Shown: piece after piece, positions 56,381 through 64,000 of the stretch | Numbering within the stretch: the stretch's first letter is position 1 | Layout: the number at the start of each line of letters is the position of its first letter | DNA from: Verrucomicrobia subdivision 3 bacterium UBA6082 | GTDB lineage: Bacteria; Verrucomicrobiota; Verrucomicrobiia; Limisphaerales; UBA8199 | Assembly: GCA_002428665.1 (NCBI GenBank) | Contig: DIXK01000019.1 | Coordinates: 28,758 to 92,757 of the forward strand | DNA length: 64,000 bases | Direction of reading: 5' to 3' | Position numbers and translations under genes: made by a program | Notes under the pieces: model-generated | Databases searched by the model: none | Seen by the model: only the letters and a program-made list of their open reading frames with translations | What the model was told of the DNA's origin: nothing

Positions 56381-57466
56381 ATGCCTATCCTGGTTCTAGG
56401 CCTGAGTTTTCGATCGTCACCCGTGGAGGTGCGGGAGCGTTTCGCTTTTGCTGAAAACCGCATCCCCGAAGCTCTCAGCCTCCTCCGCCAATCCGGCGCT
56501 GCGGATGAAGCCGTGATCCTGTCGACCTGCAACCGCGTGGAAATCTACGCCTCCAGCCACCTGGAAGACCCTTCGGCCTTTGCCGCCGTGGAACGTTGGC
56601 TGGGCGATTGCCATAGCTGCCCCGCAACCCATCAGGATGGACTCTATCGCCTCACTGAACCCCAGAGCATACAGCACCTCTTCAAAGTTGCCGCCGGCCT
56701 CGATTCCATGGTCTTGGGCGAAACAGAGATTCTCGGCCAGCTCAAAAAGGCCTATGATCTGGCCCTGCAAAGCGGTCACACTGGCAGCCGCCTCAACAAA
56801 ACCTTTCAGCGCGCGTTTAACGTCGCCAAACACATCCGCACCCACACCAACATCCAGCGAGGGAGCATTTCCGTGGGATCCGTAGCCGTCGAACTGGCCG
56901 AAAAAGTCTTCACCGAACTGGCCGGAAAACACGTCATGGTCATCGGCGCCGGCGATACCAGCGAAAAAACCGCACGCTCCCTCCTCTCCCGCGGAGCCGG
57001 GCGCATTACCGTCACAAACCGCTCCCACGAAAAGGCCCAGGCCCTCGCCGCGGAACTGGGCGGACGCGCCCTCCCCTTTGATCAGTGGGCCGGCGAATTC
57101 GACTCCGTAGACATCGTCGTCAGCAGCACTTCCGCCCCGCATTACGTGCTCGACCGCGCCAGGCTCGAACCCCTGATGAAAGCCCGGCGCAACCGACCCC
57201 TCCTCCTCATCGACATCGCCGTGCCCCGGGACATCGAACCCGAGGTCAACTTCATGGAGAACGCTTATTTGTACAATATTGATGACCTCCAGGCGATTGC
57301 CGCCGATTACCTGCGCCAGCGGCAGGAAGAAGTCGCCCTCTGCGAAGCCATCATCCGCGAAAAAGCCGCCAGTTTGCTCCATTCTCCCTCGCCTCGACCG
57401 GCCGACACCGCCGCACTGGCTACCCCGGCGCATCCAAAAGCCGCAACCCATTCAGCCACGCAATGA
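56381..57466 (+). CDS. hemA: glutamyl-tRNA reductase
   Basis: ILSTCNRVEIY, DSMVLGETEILGQLK, VIGAGDTSE. Confidence 0.9.
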   Translation: MPILVLGLSFRSSPVEVRERFAFAENRIPEALSLLRQSGAADEAVILSTCNRVEIYASSHLEDPSAFAAVERWLGDCHSCPATHQDGLYRLTEPQSIQHLFKVAAGLDSMVLGETEILGQLKKAYDLALQSGHTGSRLNKTFQRAFNVAKHIRTHTNIQRGSISVGSVAVELAEKVFTELAGKHVMVIGAGDTSEKTARSLLSRGAGRITVTNRSHEKAQALAAELGGRALPFDQWAGEFDSVDIVVSSTSAPHYVLDRARLEPLMKARRNRPLLLIDIAVPRDIEPEVNFMENAYLYNIDDLQAIAADYLRQRQEEVALCEAIIREKAASLLHSPSPRPADTAALATPAHPKAATHSATQ

Positions 57467-58455
57467 CCTACCCCCAACGACCCCTCATCCTCGCCACACG
57501 TGGCAGCGCGCTCGCTCTCGCCCAGGCCAACCTGATTCTGGCCCAATGCCAAACCGCTTTTCCCGAATGGCAGTTCGAGATCCGCACGTTTAAGACCACC
57601 GGTGACAAACTCCAGACCGCCTCGCTCGCCCAGGAAGGTCACGCTCTCCCAAAAGGCCTCTTCACCAAGGAACTCGAGGTCGCACTCTTGAATCACGAAG
57701 CCGATCTGGCCGTGCATAGTCTCAAGGACCTCCCCACGGACCTCCCTAACGGCCTCACCCTTGGCGCCGTAGCTCAGCGCGCCGATGTGCGCGATGTCCT
57801 CATCTATCGCGATGCGCAAGCCAGTCACACCCCCGGTCGTCGCGGGTTTGGACCCAACCTCCGGATCCGGGCCCTCCCGGACGGCGCCGTCGTAGCCACG
57901 AGCAGCACCCGCCGAAAAGCGCAATTGCTGGCCCACAATCCCGGACTCAAAACCCCCGACATCCGGGGAAACGTGGCGACCCGCCTCCAGAAAATCGCCG
58001 ATCAGCCAGGCCTGGACGCCACCATTCTCGCCCTCGCCGGCATGAACCGCCTCGGCTTTCGCATCACTGAAGACGGCCGCATCCTCGGCGACGCCGTCCC
58101 TCCCGGCCTCCTCGCCACCGTGCTCGATATCACAGAAATGCTCCCGTGCGTCGGCCAAGGTGCAATTGGCATCGAAATCCGCTCCGACGACGAACGGTTG
58201 GCGGCCGTCTGCCAGCGGCTAAACCACGACCACACCTTCCAAGCCGTCACCGCCGAACGCGCCTTCCTCGCCGCCATGGGCGGCGGTTGCCAAAGCCCCG
58301 TAGCTGCCTTTGCCGAAGTCTCGGGCCATCGGCTCTCCATGCGCGCCCTCTCGTTCGCCACCGGCCCCATGCAAAACGCTGAAGGCGAGAAATCAGCCCC
58401 CGAAGCCGCCGAACTCGGCCGCGAACTCGCCGCAAAATTAAAACCCCGATCGTGA
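57463..58455 (+). CDS. hemC: hydroxymethylbilane synthase (porphobilinogen deaminase)
   Basis: LATRGSALALAQA, TTGDK, DLAVHSLKDLP, RGNVATRL, GGGCQSP. ATGA overlap with hemA. Confidence 0.9.
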   Translation: MTYPQRPLILATRGSALALAQANLILAQCQTAFPEWQFEIRTFKTTGDKLQTASLAQEGHALPKGLFTKELEVALLNHEADLAVHSLKDLPTDLPNGLTLGAVAQRADVRDVLIYRDAQASHTPGRRGFGPNLRIRALPDGAVVATSSTRRKAQLLAHNPGLKTPDIRGNVATRLQKIADQPGLDATILALAGMNRLGFRITEDGRILGDAVPPGLLATVLDITEMLPCVGQGAIGIEIRSDDERLAAVCQRLNHDHTFQAVTAERAFLAAMGGGCQSPVAAFAEVSGHRLSMRALSFATGPMQNAEGEKSAPEAAELGRELAAKLKPRS

Positions 58456-60023
58456 AACCAACTTCAAAAGGTGCCGTTTACCTGGTCGGCGCCGGACCCG
58501 GCGACCCCGGCCTCCTCACCCTCCGCGGCGCCGAACTCCTCGCCCTCGCCGATGTCGTCGTCTACGACGCCCTCGTCAACACCGAAATCCTGCGCCTCGC
58601 CCCCAAATCCGCAGAAATCATCTTCGGCGGCAAACGCGCCAAAGACCACTCCATCTCCCAGGACGAACTCAACCAATTGCTCCTCGCCAAAGCCCGCGAA
58701 GGTAAAACCGTCGTGCGCCTCAAAGGGGGCGACCCCTACGTATTCGGTCGAGGCGGCGAAGAAGCCAGCCAGCTCGCCGAAGCCGGAATCGCGTTCGAAG
58801 TCGTCCCCGGCGTCTCTTCGTTCGTCGCTGTTCCCAATTACGCCGGCATCCCCCTCACCCACCGCAACTATTGCTCCCGCCTCACCCTCGTGGCCGGTCA
58901 AACCGACCCGGACAAGGAGGACTCCAGCATCGACTGGCCCCAACTCGCTGCCACCCCCGGGACCAAAGTCATCATGATGGGCACCGACCGCGTCGGCCAT
59001 TTCGCTGACACCCTCATCCGCCACGGCATGAGCCCCTCCACCCCCATTGCCATGATCCAATGGGGCACCACCAGCCGCCAACTCTCCATCGCCGCCACCC
59101 TCGAAACCATCGCCGCCGTCGCCAAAACTTCCGGCATTGCCCCTCCCACAATCATCGTCATCGGCGACGTGGTAAACCTCCGCCAACACCTTAACTGGTT
59201 CGAGCACCGACCCCTCTTCGGACAACGCATCGTCGTCACCCGCTCCCGCGAACAAGCCGGCACCCTCGCCCACCGCCTCCACAACCTCGGCGCCAACGTC
59301 CTCGAAGTCCCCACCATCAAACTCGACCCCCCAACCCGCCGCCAGGACCTCGTCGACGCCCTCCTCGAACTCAACACCTACGATTGGCTCGTCTTTACCA
59401 GCCCCAACGGCGTAGACACCTTCTTCGACTATTTCTTCCGCCAGTTTCACGACCTGCGCGATATCGGCGGCGCCCGCATCGCCGCCGTCGGCCCCGGCAC
59501 CGCCGCCCGCCTCCAAAACCTCCACCTCCAGGTCGACCTCATGCCCGAAGAAGCCCTCGCCACCGCCGTAGCAAAGGCCTTCGCCAAATACGAAAGCATC
59601 GAAAACCTCAAAATCTGCCTCCTCCGCGCCGAAGTCGCCAACCCCGAACTCCCCCAGCAACTCGAAGCCCTCGGCGCCATCGTCGACGACATCGCCTGCT
59701 ACAAAACCGTCCCCGACCTCGACGACCCAACCCAAACCGCCGCCGCCCTCACCCAAAACGGCGCCGACTGGATCACCTTCACCAGCGGCTCCACCGTCAG
59801 GAACTTCCACTCCCGCTTCGACCTCCCGGCTCTCCTCAAAAAATTCCCGGCCCTCAAACTCGCCTCCATCGGACCCGAAACCTCCAAAACCATCCGCACC
59901 CTGGGCCTCGAACCCACCGTAGAAGCCAAACACCACACCATCGACGGCCTCCTAACCTCCCTCCTAACCGCCGCCTCCAAACCCAAGAAACCCCTGAGGC
60001 CCACTGGTCCCATAGTCGCATAG
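58452..60023 (+). CDS. cobA: uroporphyrinogen-III C-methyltransferase fused to uroporphyrinogen-III synthase
   Basis: N-terminal SUMT motifs (VYLVGAGPGDPGLLTLRG, VVYD, RLKGGDP) and a C-terminal HemD-like domain (RIVVTR...WLVFTSPNGV...ITFTSGSTV). Confidence 0.88.
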   Translation: MKPTSKGAVYLVGAGPGDPGLLTLRGAELLALADVVVYDALVNTEILRLAPKSAEIIFGGKRAKDHSISQDELNQLLLAKAREGKTVVRLKGGDPYVFGRGGEEASQLAEAGIAFEVVPGVSSFVAVPNYAGIPLTHRNYCSRLTLVAGQTDPDKEDSSIDWPQLAATPGTKVIMMGTDRVGHFADTLIRHGMSPSTPIAMIQWGTTSRQLSIAATLETIAAVAKTSGIAPPTIIVIGDVVNLRQHLNWFEHRPLFGQRIVVTRSREQAGTLAHRLHNLGANVLEVPTIKLDPPTRRQDLVDALLELNTYDWLVFTSPNGVDTFFDYFFRQFHDLRDIGGARIAAVGPGTAARLQNLHLQVDLMPEEALATAVAKAFAKYESIENLKICLLRAEVANPELPQQLEALGAIVDDIACYKTVPDLDDPTQTAAALTQNGADWITFTSGSTVRNFHSRFDLPALLKKFPALKLASIGPETSKTIRTLGLEPTVEAKHHTIDGLLTSLLTAASKPKKPLRPTGPIVA

Positions 60024-60072
60024 TCCCATAGTCCTGTAGTCCTGTAGTCCATCGTCCCATAGTCGGTAGTCC
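60007..60072 (+). repeat. tandem array of about 9 degenerate octamers (GTCC-NATA/TGTA)
   Basis: GTCCCATA GTCGCATA GTCCCATA GTCCTGTA GTCCTGTA GTCCATC GTCCCATA GTCGGTA GTCC. The first units encode the last residues of cobA/hemD. Confidence 0.9.
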
Positions 60073-60123
60073 ATTTTCGCTTTCAGTCTCTCATGCACCT
60101 TTCAGCAACCGAGGGGGTTCTTT

Positions 60124-60158
60124 GCACTTTTCCGCACTTTTTTGCACTTTTTTGCACC
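60124..60158 (+). repeat. three and a half tandem 10-mers, phased T/A-tracts
   Basis: GCACTTTTCC GCACTTTTTT GCACTTTTTT GCACC. Confidence 0.9.
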
Positions 60159-60175
60159 GAATCTAAAAGGAATAT

Positions 60176-60210
60176 GGGACTACGAACGATGGACGATGGG
60201 ACTACCGACT
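60176..60210 (+). repeat. inverted cluster of the same octamer family (GGGACTAC type)
   Basis: GGGACTACGAACGATGGACGATGGGACTACCGACT. A third cluster, GGACTATGGGACTGCGGACTT, lies at 60500-60520. Confidence 0.85.
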
Positions 60211-60532
60211 TGACCGACACCGAACATGGGCAGGCGCGGGCGCGCGCGTTCGGGGCGCAGCGCCCGGCGCCCCGGGCCGCATGGTCCTGGGTGCCTTGCC
60301 TTGCTGATTTAACCGTATATGTCAAAGAACAGGATCCTGACCGGAGCCGGGTGGCGGCTGCAGGCGACCACGGGGCAACCGGTTCAAAGGACCCAAAAAC
60401 GGAGGTAATTTAGCAGACAGAAGAGGCGCTTCGCTACTGACAGTTCATGACAATTGATGACATCGAGGTGACTGGAGTGGACAGTTCATGACACAAGCAG
60501 GACTATGGGACTGCGGACTTGCAGCCAGGCAC

Positions 60533-60609
60533 GGTTTAAGCCGGTGACACACCGGCGCTCCGTTGCGTTCGCCTGCGGTCGGAGCGCTGGTGTGTCACCG
60601 GCTTTAAGC
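60533..60609. repeat. long imperfect palindrome (about 30-bp stem, 17-nt loop)
   Basis: GGTTTAAGCCGGTGACACACCGGCGCTCCG ... CGGAGCGCTGGTGTGTCACCGGCTTTAAGC. Confidence 0.85.
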
Positions 60610-60878
60610 ACACCCGGCCATTGAGAAGCAAGAATGATCAGATCGCCCACACCGCCCCCGTCCTTCGGTTTTCCGCCATTCACCATTGGACGTTCCACGT
60701 CGACGTTCGACCAGCCGTCCCGGAGGGACGATTGACTTCGCGAAACGGTTCCGTCATCGCGAGGACTTCGACGCGACGGCACCAGAGGCACAGGATGTAT
60801 GTGTTTTACCGGCCTGTACCGGCAGACGCCTTCCCGGGCCCTTGAGGGGCCGGGAAGGCTTCCAAGGCTGACACAGAA

Positions 60879-61097
60879 TTATTGACCGGAGCAGGCCGCA
60901 GCCAGGTCATTACTCACACTAAGGAGCCAGGTCTTGAAGGAACATCGCGTTGGGTCATAGTGGAATCCAGGCAAATGCCGCACCATATGGTTTTGTGAAA
61001 GAAAACCGAAATCGGGTCGTTTAAAGGAGCGAGACCAACACGATCCAGGCCCAATGCGGGGCCAATGCGTTGCAAACGAGCAAGAAACAGAACTCAA
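60879..61097 (-). pseudogene. fragment of a sigma-70/ECF-type sigma factor (region 2 only)
   Basis: ...HLPGFHYDPTRCSFKTWLLSVSN... resembles sigma region 2.1-2.3 of PVC sigma-70-family proteins. The ORF is only 72 aa and lacks region 4. Confidence 0.35.
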
Positions 61098-61412
61098 GCA
61101 CCAGGATCTTCAACCCACTGCCAAAGCTTAAACCGTGTGGCGTCCATGGCGTCATCAAAGTTCGGAGCGTTTTCTCCGGATCGTCCTGAATATGCCGCAG
61201 TTGTTTTCATCCTATCGCACCGCGCGGCCACAAAGCACCGCCTGGAGGGCACTTACACCTTGCTCAAATTCTGCAATTTATTTTGCAGGACCAGGGAGGC
61301 CTCGCCGTATAGGGGATGAAACCAATCATTTTTGTACGCCAGCGGGAACTTATGACTCGATAACGCAACGGGAAAGTAAACAAACGGCAAACAACCCAAC
61401 TCACAGAACATC

Positions 61413-64000
61413 ATGAAAACCACAACAGATTCACGCACTACGGTATCCACTAGGTGGTGCACCTTCGTAACGATCCTCACGACCTGGCTCTGTCTTCAGG
61501 CCGGCGCGGCGCAGTTTGAGGATGTGACTGTGTCGGCGGGAGTCACCAACCTGCCGGGCCCTGCCTACGGCGCAGCTTGGGGCGACTACAACAACGATGG
61601 GTTCGTTGATCTGCATTTGGCTCTCGGCGCCAATACGGCCCGTCCCAACGCCCTTTTCCGCAACAACCGCAATGGCACGTTCACCCGGGTGGGCGTTGAA
61701 GCAGGCCCCATCACCACTGACGCTCACGATTCCTTTGGTTGTGTGTGGACGGACTTTAACAACGACGGGTTCCGTGACTTGTTCGTCCTGAACGGCGGCT
61801 GGTCACCGGGTCGCAATGACCTGTACTGGAACAACGGCGATGGGACCTTCGGGCACTCCTATCTGACCCCGCAGCCCTGGGCGGAGTATGCCTGGCAGGC
61901 GTGCGCCGATTATGATGGTGATGGCTGGCTTGACATCTTCCTGGCCCAGGGAACCTCATCGTCCGGTCCATTCACGCTCCGACTGTACCACAACAACGCC
62001 AACGGCACCTTCACACCGGTCGCCCCATTTGGGCCTCCGATATCCTGGGCCAACACCGGGGCATGGGGGGACTATGACAACGACGGTGATCCGGACCTCT
62101 TCGCCGCCAATGTCTCGGCCCCGAGTGCTCTCTGGCGCAACGACGGGAACGGGCAATTCACCCAAGTGAACCTCGGCCTGCCCACTTCAGACGTCATCAC
62201 CCACTGCGCCTGGGCGGATTTCGACCACGACGGGTATCTGGATCTAGCGATGGGTACCGCTGCCGGAGCCCTCGTGTACCGGAACCAAGGGGGCAGCAAC
62301 TTTGTCCTCGTTGCGCAGTTTGCCAACGGGGCGTATTCGATCCCAGCGTGGGCTGACTACGACAATGACGGAAACCTAGACCTGTTCCTCAGTTGCTTCG
62401 GGGACCCACCCAGGAAGTCAGCGCTATACCATAACAACGGCAACGGCACATTCAGTAACGTTGCCGATGTAATCACCGCGACCGCGAGAATCTTGACGGC
62501 TTGCCCGTGGGGCGACTTTGACAACGACGGCTTCATGGATGTAATGCTCGCCGAGGAATATGGTCGCCACACGCTTTACCGAAACCTCGGCAACACCAAT
62601 CACTGGGTTAAGTTCCGTCTGGTCGGCGCCGCCTCGAACAAAGACGCCATTGGCGCCAAAGTACGCATTCAAGCCACCATCGGCGGCGAGTCTGTTTGGC
62701 AAATGCAGGAGGTGAACGGCGGTTACGCCATGCAGAATGACACCCGGCTGAACTTCGGGCTGGGGGATGCCACGGTTGTCGACAGGGTGGTGATTGAATG
62801 GCCCTCGGGCAATGTGCAGGAACTCGCAAGTGTTGCCAGCGATCGGATCCTGACCGTTACGGAGCAAGTCTTAATCACCCCGGTGCGCCCGACGGCAAGC
62901 CTGGGCGGCAGTGTCGCGCTCACTTCGCAACGGAGCGGCACCCGTCAGTGGTATCACGAGGGCGTCCTCCTGGAAGGTCAGACCAGCTCAACCCTCAGCA
63001 TTACGGATATCCAACTCTCTGATGGTGGCCGTTACAGCGTGGTGACGGATTCCGGCGGCATTTTCTACACGAACTTTGTTTACCTGCTCGTGGACACGCA
63101 GTTCACGAAGATTAACGAGGGGCCGGTGGTGACCGACACCGGCATGTGCCCTGGAATCTCCTCGGCGGATTATGACGGTGACGGCTACGCCGACCTGTTC
63201 GCCTGCCGATACCAACTGGGGACCAGTGCAGTTTACCGAAATAACCGGGATGGCACATTCGCCCGAATTCAGGACCTCCCATTCGGACGACAAGCTAATG
63301 AGGTGGGCGTGTGGGGGGATTTCGACAATGACGGATTCGTGGACCTGCTGCGCGACTTGGTCACGACGCTCGGCGGTCCCTGTGCTTCAGCTTCGGTGTA
63401 CTTTAACAATGGAGATGGCACGTACAATCTGCGTGACAGGGGGTCTGTAATCGGCTTCGGGAATTGCGCCCTGCTTGACTTCAACAACGATGGATTCCTG
63501 GATGTGTACTACTCCCGAAGCGGGACCGTGAATTCCCTTTACCGGAACAACGGGGATCGGACGTTCACACGCATGACCGCGACCGCAGTCGGCCCTGTGG
63601 TCAGTGTGGCAACCTGGGGTGGGGCGTGCTGGGCAGACTTCAACGATGATGGCTGGCCCGATCTCTTCGCTCCAAGCGTTGGGACCAGTCAGAGCCCGAT
63701 GTTCCGCAACGATGGCACCGGTCGGTTTGTGGCAGTCGACAACCTGGTGACCCGGACCATTGCTCCAGCCATCGCCGGCGCCTGGGGCGACTACGATAAC
63801 GACGGACGGCTGGATCTCTCGGTCGCCGTCGGTGATGGAACGAGTGTGGTGTATCGCAATCTAGGCAATGGCGAGTTTGAGCGTCCTGGGGGCACCCCCA
63901 CCCTCACCGATAGCCATAACTTCACCGCCTGGGCCGACTACGACAACGATGGGTTCCTGGACTTGTTCTTTTCGGGTGGCTTTAGCGGAAACAAGCTCTT
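61413..64000 (+). CDS. FG-GAP/VCBS-repeat protein with ASPIC/UnbV domain (CRTAC1-like), 3'-partial
   Basis: Signal peptide, then repeated ..WGDYDNDG..DL.. FG-GAP motifs. UnbV/ASPIC block NHWVKFRLVGAASNKDAIGAKVRIQA...EVNGGYAMQNDTRLNFGLG. I translated it by hand as open to the window end; it is absent from the ORF track because no stop lies in the window. Confidence 0.85.
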   Translation, partial: MKTTTDSRTTVSTRWCTFVTILTTWLCLQAGAAQFEDVTVSAGVTNLPGPAYGAAWGDYNNDGFVDLHLALGANTARPNALFRNNRNGTFTRVGVEAGPITTDAHDSFGCVWTDFNNDGFRDLFVLNGGWSPGRNDLYWNNGDGTFGHSYLTPQPWAEYAWQACADYDGDGWLDIFLAQGTSSSGPFTLRLYHNNANGTFTPVAPFGPPISWANTGAWGDYDNDGDPDLFAANVSAPSALWRNDGNGQFTQVNLGLPTSDVITHCAWADFDHDGYLDLAMGTAAGALVYRNQGGSNFVLVAQFANGAYSIPAWADYDNDGNLDLFLSCFGDPPRKSALYHNNGNGTFSNVADVITATARILTACPWGDFDNDGFMDVMLAEEYGRHTLYRNLGNTNHWVKFRLVGAASNKDAIGAKVRIQATIGGESVWQMQEVNGGYAMQNDTRLNFGLGDATVVDRVVIEWPSGNVQELASVASDRILTVTEQVLITPVRPTASLGGSVALTSQRSGTRQWYHEGVLLEGQTSSTLSITDIQLSDGGRYSVVTDSGGIFYTNFVYLLVDTQFTKINEGPVVTDTGMCPGISSADYDGDGYADLFACRYQLGTSAVYRNNRDGTFARIQDLPFGRQANEVGVWGDFDNDGFVDLLRDLVTTLGGPCASASVYFNNGDGTYNLRDRGSVIGFGNCALLDFNNDGFLDVYYSRSGTVNSLYRNNGDRTFTRMTATAVGPVVSVATWGGACWADFNDDGWPDLFAPSVGTSQSPMFRNDGTGRFVAVDNLVTRTIAPAIAGAWGDYDNDGRLDLSVAVGDGTSVVYRNLGNGEFERPGGTPTLTDSHNFTAWADYDNDGFLDLFFSGGFSGNKL

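Noticed and set aside
58464-59936. 490-aa minus-strand ORF, very rich in Gly/Glu/Val/Ala/Asp
   Set aside because: It lies entirely antisense to the well-supported cobA/hemD gene. It is low-complexity and typical of a shadow ORF in high-GC coding DNA. The same applies to 56417-57451 (-), 57307-58158 (-), 58002-58370 (-) and the Pro/Arg-rich alternative frame 59384-60031 (+).
60007-60072. Tandem short repeats considered as a CRISPR array
   Set aside because: The units are only 7-8 bp with no spacers, and no cas genes are present anywhere in the window. I saw no CRISPR array in the window.
60007-60210. Iteron plus A-tract layout considered as a chromosomal replication origin
   Set aside because: I found no DnaA-box-like TTATCCACA/TGTGGATAA motifs and no dnaA/dnaN neighbourhood. 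I report it only as an unexplained repeat structure.

Overview
High-GC chromosomal window. Its gene content suggests the PVC superphylum, most likely Verrucomicrobiota; this rests on gene content only. The supporting genes are a DUF1559/prepilin-type protein, a sulfatase, TAT-signal Gfo/Idh/MocA oxidoreductases, HEAT-repeat and PmoA-like proteins, an FG-GAP/ASPIC protein, a MoxR-DUF58-transglutaminase operon and a small basic protein. Ordinary blocks: lepB, a response regulator and Ser/Thr kinase, aguB, gluQ plus tRNA-Glu, and cls (0-9 kb). Next come secreted, sulfatase and oxidoreductase genes (9-18 kb), then a sigma-54 activator convergent with a decaheme cytochrome c-FN3 protein (18-23 kb). 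After the island come MoxR/DUF58/transglutaminase, glycosidase and hydrolase genes, rluB and folD (37.7-54 kb). These are followed by hypAB and a ccsA-like-hemA-hemC-cobA/hemD operon (54-60 kb) and a partial FG-GAP/ASPIC gene (61.4-64 kb). The only clearly accessory segment is 24607-37402. It is a 12.8-kb element bounded by 24-bp imperfect terminal inverted repeats (TGT...ACA) and sits 13 bp from the 3' end of tRNA-Arg(CCG). It has a Mu-like early module: a dual-HTH repressor divergent from a Ner-like gene, a DDE transposase, an AAA+ ATPase and a GemA-like gene. An HK97-type major capsid gene and several unknown genes sit inside that operon. No terminase, portal, protease, tail or lysis genes are visible. 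I consider this candidate natural mini-Mu or capsid-encoding transposable satellite the most interesting object in the window. A second oddity is a gene-free ~1.4-kb stretch (60.0-61.4 kb). It holds opposed arrays of a TAGTCC/GGACTA octamer, phased A-tracts, long hairpins and a sigma-factor fragment. All functional calls come from reading motifs by eye; no database search was possible.
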